Sequence record: PP355768.1
DNA length: 33,000 nt
Reading direction: 5' to 3' (one strand)
The position numbers and the translations under genes are program-made. Shown here piece after piece: positions 16,655 through 25,198 of the stretch (the stretch's first letter is position 1; every line of letters begins with the position of its first letter). The notes beneath the pieces are model-generated. The model was not told where the DNA came from and did no database searches. It was given only the letters and a program-made list of their open reading frames with translations.

Positions 16655-16967
16655 CTTGATTTAGATTTTTTGCCGGATTTTTGGGGTCTTTGGATTGAGT
16701 GACAACATTTTTAAGGGTTTTAACACGAACCCACTTACGTTCAAAGCTTTCTTTAACATTGTTAGTGTCTTTAAACTTCAAATGTTTTGCAGGAACTACA
16801 AATTTTTCTAAGCAATGAATATAATCACCATAATCAGAATGAATTTTATAACCTGCTTTACCATCATTACGATTAGCAACTTTAACGATCACACCAGTAT
16901 GACCAACCCACTTGCCACCAGTAACTTCTACAGCATCGCCTACAATTGGGTTTAATGAAATAGCCAT
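16655..16967 (-). CDS. KOW-like hypothetical protein, N-terminal fragment, allele A
   Basis: IVGDAVEVTGGKWVGHTGVIVKV; homologous to 19452-19717. Confidence 0.7.
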
Positions 16968-16995
16968 GATATTCTCCATTTTGGTTACGAGAGGT

Positions 16996-17025
16996 ATCAT
17001 ATCATGGCTTTTTAGAAGAGTAAAC
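16996..17025 (-). promoter_or_regulatory. T4 early promoter
   Basis: GTTTAC, 18-nt spacer, TATGAT; GGAG RBS before ATG 16967. Confidence 0.8.
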
Positions 17026-17037
17026 TACTTTGTGAAA

Positions 17038-17238
17038 TTATTTTGCCCACGGAGACCAGGGCGGCGGGTCAGACCAGATTGAAGCTAGTTCGTCTAGAAG
17101 AGCTTCTGGGGCTTTAATACCATACTTCTGTATAATTATACGGTATTCGTCTTTGATGTCCTTAGAAATCACTGGATGAACTTGAACCTCTTCCTGAGGC
17201 TCTTCCATCATTTCAAACAAATCCATCACATGAACCAC
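17038..17238 (-). CDS. Conserved T4-like hypothetical protein (about 62-66 aa)
   Basis: KAPEALLDELASIWSDPPPWSPWAK C-terminus. Confidence 0.65.
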   Translation of the reverse strand: MVHVMDLFEMMEEPQEEVQVHPVISKDIKDEYRIIIQKYGIKAPEALLDELASIWSDPPPWSPWAK

Positions 17239-17240
17239 TC

Positions 17241-17402
17241 TCTATTATAGAAAATGAAAAACTGCGCCAAATAAACATTATCAATCCTAGTGATATTGAA
17301 GCATTTCTTTCTGATATTATACGAGAAATGGAAAAGGCTCCTGACAGTGAATATGAATCAGGTCGGTACAAATCCCAGACTACAATCGGAGAAGTTTTAT
17401 GA
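17241..17402 (+). CDS. gp53: Baseplate wedge subunit, C-terminal fragment
   Basis: SIIENEKLRQINIINPSDIEAFLSDIIREMEKA; stop overlaps the gp5 ATG. Confidence 0.85.
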   Translation, partial: SIIENEKLRQINIINPSDIEAFLSDIIREMEKAPDSEYESGRYKSQTTIGEVL

Positions 17403-17515
17403 TTGAAATGAACGATTCAGTAAAATGGTTTACTGGTGTTGTTGAAGACAGACAAGACCCGTTAAAGCAAGGAAGAGTGCGAGTACGCGTTTACGGCCTT
17501 CATCCGTTTGAAAAT
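17399..17515 (+). CDS. gp5: gp5 N-terminal fragment
   Basis: WFTGVVEDRQDPLKQGRVRVRVYGLHP. Confidence 0.92.
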
Positions 17516-17555
17516 CCAAATGAATAGCATACCTACAATTAGCATCAGGATAGTG

Positions 17556-17805
17556 TTATACGTTCTTGGCTTCATTATAAACACCTACCAGTTCGCACCA
17601 GTGTTTACGACAAAGAGAAACGTATTTGTCTTCACCACCAAGTTCTACTACTTCACCATCGGTAATAGCATTTCCGTTTTCGTCAATACGAGCTACCATT
17701 GTAGCCTTACGCCCACAGTGGCAAACGCCCTTGAGCTCAACAAGTTTATCGGCTACAGAAAGAAGAGCTTTAGAACCTTCGAATAACTCGCCACGAAAAT
17801 CTGAA
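17556..17805 (-). CDS. tk: Thymidine kinase, C-terminal fragment
   Basis: [35 protein letters not shown]...YVSLCRKHW. Confidence 0.93.
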
Positions 17806-18069
17806 AAAGCATTAGACGTAGTCTTTAAGAATAAAGATGAATCAGCGGAAACTGTACCGCATTGTGGTATGGTAGTTGGAAGCAAAGTAGTTAAATCTCC
17901 ATATGCTAATCTGCGTTGTGATGGCGTAGTACGAAAAGCATTAGATGAAGGCGATACAGTTTTAGTAGTTGTTGAGCCATTCAAAAACACTGATGGCAAT
18001 GTGTCAATGTTAGTATACGCAAACGGTGATTATCGCCTGATTTCTGCTCTTAACGTACAAGCTGCTTGA
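17805..18069 (+). CDS. Hypothetical protein, C-terminal fragment
   Basis: Open frame [21 protein letters not shown]...NVQAA*. Confidence 0.55.
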
Positions 18070-18074
18070 GGAAA

Positions 18075-18362
18075 CCAAAGCGTTAGTAGCACCTGTACCA
18101 CCTCGGTTAACCGGAAGAGTACCTGTAGTATCGCCGAAATCTGGCTTTGAGTAACTGTCAAAAATTTGTTTCATCGAAACAAGAATACTTCCAGACGGTC
18201 CGGTGGCACCAATATCTTGGTTAGTTTCATAGATGACTACGCTTCCAGAATCCTGTCCGTTATACCCAGATGTGTTTAGTACTGTGACATAAAGGTCATT
18301 GGAGTATCGAGGAACCTTAGCGTAAAAATCAAATGAAGCATCAGCATCGGAGGCAGAATCAT
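18075..18362 (-). CDS. gp37: Long tail fibre distal subunit fragment
   Basis: FDFYAKVP...SMKQIFDSYSKPDFGDTTGTLPVNRGGTGAT; allele at 28640-28790. Confidence 0.7.
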
Positions 18363-18371
18363 GATGGAGCT

Positions 18372-18401
18372 ATAGTATCATTCTACAGCTCCAAAGTAAA
18401 C
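18372..18401 (-). promoter_or_regulatory. T4 early promoter
   Basis: GTTTAC, 18-nt spacer, TACTAT. Confidence 0.75.
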
Positions 18402-18411
18402 TACTTTTTAA

Positions 18412-18627
18412 TTATTTTTCTAAAATTTCATTGATGTAGTAAGGACGAACCTTTGAACCGAGATAGAAGTCATCAACAAAATCAATCAAGTTGTCAGTTT
18501 CACCGCGGATGATAGCAAGTTTAGAGAACGCTTCTCCTACCATCATCGGTTCAAATTCTACGCCGTGAGCCTCAGCAGCTTTAAAGGCTTTATCAATGTT
18601 GTTTACGACGATTTCTAAAGTTTTCAT
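18412..18627 (-). CDS. Hypothetical protein downstream of regA (71 aa)
   Basis: GGAG RBS; MKTLEIVVNNIDKAF... Confidence 0.75.
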   Translation of the reverse strand: MKTLEIVVNNIDKAFKAAEAHGVEFEPMMVGEAFSKLAIIRGETDNLIDFVDDFYLGSKVRPYYINEILEK

Positions 18628-18643
18628 TTTATTCTCCGTTATC

Positions 18644-18917
18644 TTACGCACCGATTGTGTACTTAGATTTTAAAGTCCATTCATGCTTCTGTTTGAATGT
18701 AATTACCCGGAAGTTATTCTGCATCTGGGCAAGAGTTTGACCACGATTAATACTCAGTAGACCCCAGTCAGCGAGCAGTTGTGCGATTGAGTCTCGACGA
18801 ATTTCATCTTCCAAATCAATAGTAACAGGACGACCATCAAGCTTCAACATTTCTTTAAAATGGACGATATAGTAACGACCTTGTTTCTGAAGAATGTGGC
18901 AGCTTTGATATAGTACC
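18644..18917 (-). CDS. regA: Translational repressor, C-terminal fragment
   Basis: VLYQSCHILQKQGRYYIVHFKEMLKLDGR...RRDSIA...KQKHEW. Confidence 0.95.
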
Positions 18918-18998
18918 GGAATAGTTGCTTAAACTTAGTGAGGAATTCAACGGCAGATACGTCTGTGCAACTACATAAGGTTCGAATCCTTATTTCCG
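18915..18998 (+). ncRNA. 5'-truncated tRNA-like RNA of unresolved identity
   Basis: T arm ATAAGG-TTCGAAT-CCTTAT; TAGTTGC/GCAACTA stem; GCAGA-TACG-TCTGT hairpin; no CCA. Confidence 0.45.
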
Positions 18999-19004
18999 TC
19001 TTAT

Positions 19005-19080
19005 GCCGATTTAGCTCAGCTGGTAGAGCGCTTCACTTGTAATGAAGATGTCGCGGGTTCGACTCCTGCAATCGGCACCA
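19005..19080 (+). tRNA. tRNA-Thr(TGT), second variant
   Basis: GCCGATT/AATCGGC acceptor, CTTCA-CTTGTAA-TGAAG anticodon arm, CCA end. Confidence 0.95.
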
Positions 19081-19082
19081 AA

Positions 19083-19200
19083 TTCGAAGGGAAACTTGCG
19101 TATGCCCTCGTTGAGTCGTCAGATAGAAGAGAATGGTTCGTCCATTGCCGCTAGTCGGTTGTTCCCTGTCGCAAGCATAACCTCCTACTATTTCTCCGAA
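19083..19200 (+). ncRNA. Candidate stable RNA, possibly T4 species II (rnaD)-like, about 118 nt
   Basis: Non-coding, GC-richer; CTTGCG/CGCAAG long-range stem; AATGG-TTCGT-CCATT hairpin; directly after the tRNA. Confidence 0.4.
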
Positions 19201-19452
19201 TAAAGCAATCAATTTTGAAACTACTGATTTAAGCGGTGAAATAACTCGTCACATCGTTGGTAAATGTGCTACTAATGATGGCTGGTACATTGGTGCCGGC
19301 GGTACAAGCAACAGTGGTATTCTTGAAATCGGTACTATTGACGATGGTGCTGAAACCATTCAATTCGTACAACGCGGTGCAGGCAACGTTGAAGCCCGAA
19401 AATTGGTCTTGCTTGACGGCTCGGGTAATACGACTCTTCCTGGCGATTTAAG
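19200..19452 (+). CDS. Long tail fibre fragment (gp34 or gp37)
   Basis: DGWYIGAGGTSNSGILEIGTIDDGAETIQFVQRG...LLDGSGNT tail-fibre motif. Confidence 0.7.
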
Positions 19453-19717
19453 AATGCAGCGACAGATTAGTGGCTGAATTAGTAGAACTCACCGATTGGG
19501 TAATAACATTGTCAAGTGAATTCACATGTACCCACTTGCGCAGATAGCTTTCACTAGATTCAACGAATTTTTTCAAGCAGTGGATGTAATCACCAAAATC
19601 TTCACGGTAAATCTTATACCCAGATTTACCGTCATTACGATTAACTACTTTAACGATTACACCATTGTGACCAACCCACTTACCACCAATTACTTTAACG
19701 TTTTCGCCTACAACCAT
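19452..19717 (-). CDS. KOW-like hypothetical protein, allele B fragment
   Basis: MVVGENVKVIGGKWVGHNGVIVKV. Confidence 0.7.
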
Positions 19718-19721
19718 ACTC

Positions 19722-19950
19722 AGGCGAAAAGTTTGGAACCGTCAAAGGAAACCATCCTGACAGCATGACGCTTGAACGCTGGAATAATGACTTGGGATAT
19801 GTAGTAGGGAATGTTATTCCTGTCAAGCAAAAGTATAACACTTTGCGTGGAAATAATACGATTGAAGGCCTTGAACGAAAAGCGAATGAAATTGCGGCAC
19901 GCATAGTTCGCTCTTCTGATTCTGTTAAGCCAACAAGTGATAAAGAAGCG
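19722..19950 (+). CDS. srd: Srd internal fragment
   Basis: MTLERWNNDLGYVVGNVIPVKQKYNTLR (T4 LSLERFDNNVGYIKGNVIAVKKKYNTFR). Confidence 0.8.
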
Positions 19951-19951
19951 G

Positions 19952-20162
19952 AAATACTGGGTTTAGGCAGTTGTCAATTATAACTAATCCGCTTGAAGTT
20001 AAGCCAATGCCAAATTCTCCTAACGTTAAGGCTGAAAAAGGTTGGTATAGCGCTTCTGGTCTTGAAAGACAGTCAGGTGAAATGATTTACATGGAAAATC
20101 GACAACCTATTATTCGTTCAATGGACCAAACGGAAGAATTAAACTTAATTTTCGAGTTTTAA
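19952..20162 (+). CDS. gp8: Baseplate wedge subunit, C-terminal fragment
   Basis: GNTGFRQLSIITNPLE...SGEMIYMENRQPII...DQTEELNLIFEF*; followed by half of the gp8 terminator. Confidence 0.93.
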
Positions 20163-20182
20163 TTATGGGGAGCCCCACGGGC

Positions 20183-20260
20183 TACGATATCTGCACCTGG
20201 TGCTTTATTCTCTGTGCTAGTTCTTTTAAATTGTATTTGTTTTAAGTTTTGATCGGCCAT
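20183..20260 (-). CDS. gp37: Long tail fibre distal subunit, N-terminus
   Basis: GAGG RBS; MADQNLKQIQFKRTSTENKAPGADIV; directly after the gp36 stop. Confidence 0.85.
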
Positions 20261-20269
20261 GGCTACCTC

Positions 20270-20385
20270 TTAGTATGTGCCAAAATCTATTGTTACCCCG
20301 CGTGAAATAACCTGATCTAATCTAGGAGCGTATTCACCGGATGTTGCTTTATTTACTATAACTACGCCAGCATTAGCCCTAAGTA
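20270..20385 (-). CDS. gp36: gp36 C-terminal fragment
   Basis: APRLDQVISRGVTIDFGTY* (T4 VPRFDQIVIKDSVQDFGYY*). Confidence 0.85.
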
Positions 20386-20387
20386 CA

Positions 20388-20802
20388 GTTTGAAGCAGTT
20401 AAAGCTGGTGATGCTCTGACTGTTGGTGATATCGTTGTTCACGATTTCGCACAGACCGGTCGTGCTCATCTGCAGGTTGTTGAAGATTTCACTGTAGACG
20501 CTGGTGCTACCGATGCTGCTAAACTGGACGCTGCAGTTACTGCCGCTCTGGAAGCTGGTAAAGTTGTAGAAATCGCCGAAGGTATGGCTACCTCTATTTG
20601 AAGCAGTTAAAGCTGGTGCTTCTCTGGATGTTGGTGATATCGTAGTTCATGATTTCGCACAGACTGGTCGTGCTCACCTGCAGGTTGTAACAGCCTTTAC
20701 AGTTGATGCTGCTGCTACTGATGCTGCTAAACTGGATGCTGAAGTCACTAAGCGTCTGGAAGCTGGCGAAGTAGTTGAAATCGCCGAAGGTATGGCTACT
20801 TC
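20388..20802 (+). CDS. gp23: Major capsid protein, two tandem allelic fragments (20388-20598, 20598-20802)
   Basis: VGDIVVHDFAQTG...DAAKLDA...VVEIAEGMATS, twice. Confidence 0.92.
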
Positions 20803-21215
20803 CTGATGATATTGCTCAGCCTTGGATGTCACCAGCTGGATATCGTCGTGGTCAGATTTTAAATTGTATCAAACTGGCAATTGAACCGCGTCAGGCACAT
20901 CGTGACCGCATGTACCAAGCAGGTATTAACCCAGTGACTGGTCAAGGTACAGGTGAAGGTTTCATTCTGTTCGGTGATAAGACTGCAACCACTGTTCCAA
21001 CACCGTTTGACCCAACAAGATGATGTTGCTCAACCTTGGATGTCACCGGCTGGTTATCGTCGTGGTCAGATTCTGAACTGCATTAAACTTGCGATTGAAC
21101 CTCGTCAAGCACATCGTGACCGTATGTATCAAGCAGGTATTAACCCGGTAACGGGTCAAGGTACCGGTGATGGTTTCATTCTGTTTGGCGATAAGACTGC
21201 AACTACTGTTCCAAC
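20802..21215 (+). CDS. gp18: Tail sheath, two tandem allelic fragments
   Basis: AQPWMSPAGYRRGQILNCIKLAIEPRQAHRDRMYQAGINPVTG...GFILFGDKTAT, twice. Confidence 0.92.
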
Positions 21216-21239
21216 GGCAGATTTCTGGAATTTCGCTAT

Positions 21240-21420
21240 TTACATTACGCATTTGACTAACTTCTCGTTAAAGGTTTTAATAACTTCACGGCCATGGTCT
21301 GCACCTTTCTTACAGTCTGCAATTGTCCATGCTTCACCGTTTTGGTATTTGTGAAGAGCCCGGGTATTAATATCTTTCACAAGATTCATAATCAAATCAT
21401 TAATTTCTTGTTCAGTCGTT
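21240..21420 (-). CDS. Hypothetical protein, C-terminal fragment
   Basis: TTEQEINDLIMNLVKDINTRAL...EKLVKCVM*. Confidence 0.55.
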
Positions 21421-21436
21421 CAGCGTGTGAGGAGTT

Positions 21437-21616
21437 ATGAAAACCATTCTCGTTAGAATTGACATGTATTTCAATTATTGCGACAGAAATTTAACTGACC
21501 ATGATTTAGAACACGGGTTTGGATTAAATCCTATTCAATTATTCTTGTTGAAAAGTGGTCAACAGATTGTTCTTAAAGAATATACCTTAGAACGAATAGA
21601 TATGAGGAATGTATAA
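21437..21616 (+). CDS. Hypothetical protein (59 aa)
   Basis: GAGGAG RBS; MKTILVRIDMYFNYCDRNL... Confidence 0.7.
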   Translation: MKTILVRIDMYFNYCDRNLTDHDLEHGFGLNPIQLFLLKSGQQIVLKEYTLERIDMRNV

Positions 21617-21623
21617 TGAAAGA

Positions 21624-21818
21624 ATTTGGCACAAGGACGTATTATTCGTACTCAATTGTCATATGACCCGAAGAAACCTATTGTTATTCGTGATCAGTCG
21701 ATTGACCGTAAGCTGGTTAAGCTGTGGGTTGATGGCGCTGAATGGACTAACTGGACAGACAAGTCAATGGTTCATGCTTCATCCATTTCAACGATTTATT
21801 ATATGCGTGAAACTGTCG
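21624..21818 (+). CDS. gp6: gp6 internal fragment
   Basis: LAQGRIIRT...VDGAEWTNWTDKSMVHASSISTIYYMRETV. Confidence 0.92.
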
Positions 21819-22200
21819 AACGCTCATGTGCTAAATCAAATTCTTTGTCGCTCATTGTGCTAACATCTAAATTCATGTATTTTTCAACATGCTCTTCTTC
21901 TAATGCTTTAAAAATTAATCCAAGACGAATTTCCGCGTCTTTGATAGCATTTACTTTACCAATCTTTTCATCGGTATGTGGCTTATATCCTTTGATATCT
22001 TCAATTGCAATTGCGCGTTCATTAGCCAAGTCAAATTCCTTGTCGCTCATTGTACTAACATCTAAGCTCATGTACTTTTCAACATGTTCTTCTTCCAACG
22101 CTTTGAAAATTAATCCAAGACGGACTTCTGCGTCTTTGATAGCATTCACTTTACCAATTTTTTCATTGGTATGTGGCTTGTATCCTTTAATATCTTCAAT
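21818..22200 (-). CDS. acb2: Anti-CBASS Acb2 (T4 Vs.4) homologue, two tandem N-terminal allelic fragments (22006-22200, 21818-22008)
   Basis: IEDIKGYKPHTDEKIGKVNAIKDAEIRLGLIF matches recalled T4 Vs.4 MIEDIKGYKPHTEEKIGKVNAIKDAEVRLGLIF. Confidence 0.85.
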
Positions 22201-22202
22201 TG

Positions 22203-22373
22203 AGCAGGGTTGTTACCTGAAATAGTTATACTAGCATTCCAGACGTTTCTTCCTATCATACTAGACATCATAAATGGTGTTCCCAACCTTAATTTTGCTC
22301 CAGCTGCAATCATTGAAGATTCTCCTGTTACAGCTTTAGCTGAGCTTCCTACATTAGGACCTGTTACTGCCAT
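22203..22373 (-). CDS. gp38: T2/T6-type tail-fibre adhesin, N-terminal fragment
   Basis: MAVTGPNVGSSAKAVTGES...LRLGTPFMMSSMIGR, like MAVxGPWVGSS...PFWMSxMIGR of T-even adhesins. Confidence 0.75.
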
Positions 22374-22378
22374 GATAT

Positions 22379-22555
22379 CAGGTACTCTTCCGGTTAACCG
22401 TGGTGGTACAGGTGCTACTAATGTAGGAGATGCCCGAAACAACCTGGGCCTTAGAACTGCGGCTGTTCGCGATGTTGGTGAATCCAGCGGAAACGTGATG
22501 GAAGTTGGTGCATTTGGTGTCGGTGGTAACGGAAAATCACTGGTAAATATTACGC
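22379..22555 (+). CDS. gp37: Long tail fibre fragment
   Basis: GTLPVNRGGTGAT...DARNNLGLRTAAVRDVGESSGNVMEVGAFG; overlaps the end of 18075-18362; allele at 28790-28905. Confidence 0.7.
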
Positions 22556-22900
22556 TGGATTAAATGCAGATACGAAGCATTAATCAAATATGAGTACTTC
22601 AGTGAGCGTGATATTCAAGAAGTTATTGCTTATCATTCTGGCTGTAAAGTAAGTAAACTGCGTCAAGTTATTCCGTTTACTAATGCTTCAAATGTAGAAG
22701 AGCTAATTACTGATTTTAAACGAATTTATGCAAATTTGTTTAAAATCTAATACAAGTTGCTCTACATTAGTATCAGCGGTTAACGGAGTAACTTGCCGCA
22801 GTTTATTAATTTTACACCCAGAGTGATAAGCAATAATTTCTTGAATATCACGTTCACTAAAGTACTCATATTTGAGTAATGTGTCGTATCGATATTTAAT
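22555..22900. CDS. tRNA-region hypothetical protein, C-terminal alleles (22555-22750 on +, 22750-22900 on -)
   Basis: WIKxRYxxLxKYEYFSERDIQExIAYHSGCK on both strands; continues the gene starting at 8482. Confidence 0.7.
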
Positions 22901-22907
22901 CCAATCT

Positions 22908-22984
22908 CGGGGCATAGCTCAGTGGATAGAAGCAACAGTCTTCTAAACTGTGGGTCGAAGGTTCGAATCCTTCTGCCTCGACCA
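22908..22984 (+). tRNA. tRNA-Arg(TCT), second variant
   Basis: CGGGGCA/TGCCTCG acceptor, ACAGT-CTTCTAA-ACTGT, CCA end. Confidence 0.95.
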
Positions 22985-22988
22985 TTTC

Positions 22989-23073
22989 GCATCGATGGTG
23001 GAACTGGTATACACATAGCACTTAAAATGCTACGCCGCAAGGATTGAGGGTTCGAATCCCTCTCGGTGCACCA
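22989..23073 (+). tRNA. tRNA-Leu(TAA), second variant
   Basis: GCATCGA/TCGGTGC acceptor, TAGCA-CTTAAAA-TGCTA, variable arm, CCA end. Confidence 0.95.
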
Positions 23074-23076
23074 AAT

Positions 23077-23250
23077 TACGTGGTGATGCAAATGGTACTG
23101 TCGATTTGGGCGATGGATATCTTTGGGAATATCTATATGAAATTCCAGCCGACGTATCAATTAACAGATGTACAAATGAATATATCGTAGTTCCTTGGCC
23201 AGAAGAGATTGAAGAATCTCCAGCTCGTTGGGGATTTCAAAACAACTTAA
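23077..23250 (+). CDS. gp8: gp8 internal fragment
   Basis: GDGYLWEYLYEIPADVSINRCTNEYIVVPWPEE. Confidence 0.93.
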
Positions 23251-23560
23251 CCGTATCTAAAGCTAATGGTGGCACATATACAGGTGAAATAAAAATAGCA
23301 TATGGCTCTTCTGGTAAACTGAGCATGGGTCCGTTAAGAGACGTTGGCATTAGAGTTGGTGGTGCTAATGGTGAAGTTCTTGTTATCGGAGGAAATTCAT
23401 CAATCCAATTACGCGCAAACGGGCCTAGGGTTCGTGGCGCTTGGAAAGATAAGAACAGTGCTTCATGGAACGTATTGCTCGATGCGCGTGGGTCTTTATC
23501 AGGAATTTGGGAAACTGGGTTTAATTTAGTTGTCTTTGGATTATCAGAGCCAAGCAAAAC
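23251..23560 (+). CDS. Tail-fibre fragments (VSKANGGTY-type piece, then PRVRGAW piece)
   Basis: Alleles at 25885-26045 (-) and 27390-27535 (+); synonymous changes support the + frame. Confidence 0.55.
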
Positions 23561-23584
23561 GTCTGGTTATAATGACGCAATCTT

Positions 23585-23912
23585 TGAGGTATTTTTCCAG
23601 CTTACGTTTACGGGTATAATCTGCTTTTGAACTGTGCTGACGAATTTCTTCCTGAAGGTGCGAAATACCATGCCCAATCTCACGACGAAGTTCGTCCAGT
23701 TGTTCTACAGTAAGATTACGAAGTTGCTTTTCACTTAAATGCTGAAGCATTTGTCACATAAGCAACTCCGTAATTTGACCATTTCTCAATTAGACGAAAT
23801 TCGACTTGAGGTTGGGCATATTATTTCAGCACTTCGTATTTCTTATAAAGAAACTGATTCTGAAGCGGACTATAAGCGTATGCGTTCTCACGAAAGATAC
23901 CTCGATGCACGT
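23585..23912. CDS. Hypothetical protein, two divergent homologues head-to-head (23585-23750 on -, 23739-23912 on +)
   Basis: MLxHLSxKQLRNLTxxQLDExRxExGH...ADYxRxR. Confidence 0.7.
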
Positions 23913-24075
23913 TCAGAAATTCACAGGTTTATTACGCTATGGATGGAAGAGGTCCTGGTAAATCCGGTACTCTTCTGACGAATGTAGAAAACAACCGTCA
24001 GGCATGGCAATATACTATTTCTGCTGCAACAGCTGGAACTCCACGTTGGGTTAAAGTAGCTACAATGAAACATCC
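23912..24075 (+). CDS. gp37: Long tail fibre fragment
   Basis: [16 protein letters not shown]...RWVKVATM; continues the SNLTFR piece at about 28225. Confidence 0.6.
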
Positions 24076-24238
24076 AAATCCAGAGCCAGCAATAAAAATA
24101 CCTCGTGGAACCAAGTTTTTAGCATATGCGCGGGATTCATCAGTAGACCCATACAACTTTGTTGTTACTGAAAATGTTATTGCGCTAAGAGATACTTCAG
24201 CACCAGAAGGAGTTAATAGGTATCTTCCTATTGTCCAA
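24075..24238 (+). CDS. gp6: gp6 N-terminal-region fragment
   Basis: IPRGTKFLAYARDSSVDPYNFVVTENVIALRD; allele at 26045-26205 (-). Confidence 0.88.
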
Positions 24239-24244
24239 TTCACT

Positions 24245-24560
24245 AAATCCCGGATATAGCTGTTCTGCTATATAATATGCTGATTTTGTATACTCGCCGT
24301 CACCGAAGACATATCGTGATTTCATTAGTATACGCGACATTTTATCTCTAGGATGAAATATGCTAACCCATTTTCCATCGTGAATAAATCGTAGCAATTT
24401 CATTAAATCCTGGACATAACTTTTCTGCCATGTAATACGACGATTTTGCATACTCACTATCACTGAAGACATACCGTGACTTCATTAGTGTACGTGACAA
24501 CTTATCTCGAGGATGAAATATGCTAATCCATCTTCCGTCGCGAACAAATCGTAGTGCAAA
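24245..24560 (-). CDS. Hypothetical protein, two tandem allelic fragments
   Basis: LRFxxDGxWxSIFHPRDKxSRxLMKSRYVF, twice. Confidence 0.65.
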
Positions 24561-24882
24561 TACGCAATGGCCAGTTGCTACAAAAGACGTCCAATCGGCG
24601 TTAGCGTTGATTGGAAGCTGGGCAAGAACTGACACTGGATTACCTGCAGCATCTCCAACCGTAGCAGGTATAATTCGTACAGCTACACAGGCCGAAGTTG
24701 AAGCTGGAACTGTAGGTACTGTAACAAATACACAATGGCCTGTTGCTATAAAAGACGTCCAATCAGCGTTAGAGCTGATTGGTAGCTGGGCAAGAACTGA
24801 TACCGGATTACCTGTAGCATCTCCTACAGTAGCCGGTGTAATTCGCACAGCAACACAGGCTGAAGTTGATGCTGGAACTATT
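24560..24882 (+). CDS. gp12: Short tail fibre, two tandem N-terminal allelic fragments
   Basis: NTQWPVAxKDVQSAL...LPxASPTVAGxIRTATQAEVxAGT (T4 gp12 TNFP..DV.AA...ASSTTKGIL..PTEQEVIDGT). Confidence 0.8.
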
Positions 24883-24884
24883 TC

Positions 24885-25198
24885 AAATTGCTAACAGTTC
24901 CAATCTCAAAGGAGCTATGACCCGTGGAAGAAATTTTGCCCAAGCTGCAATTGATGGCGAAGTCACTAAGCGCCTTGGAATGATTAACGTTTATAAAGCG
25001 TATAAACACCCGAGTTGGAACCAAGTTCAAGCTCAAGTACAAATCGCGGATAACTCTAATCTAAAAGGAGCTATGACCCGCGGAAGAAATTTTGCTCAAG
25101 CAGCTATTGATGGCGAAGTAATGAAGCGTCTTGGTATGACAAATTACGTTAAAGCAGTACGCCATCCAGATTGGAAAACAGTTCAAGCCCAAGTGTGA
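24885..25198 (+). CDS. Hypothetical protein, two tandem C-terminal alleles
   Basis: SNLKGAMTRGRNFAQAAIDGEVxKRLGM, twice. Confidence 0.65.

Noticed and set aside
18920-18970. AATAGTTGCTTAA...GTGCAA resemblance to a pistol ribozyme as I recall it
   Set aside because: No P1 or pseudoknot partner, no conserved GCG, and no GU linker between P3 and P2. Likely coincidence.
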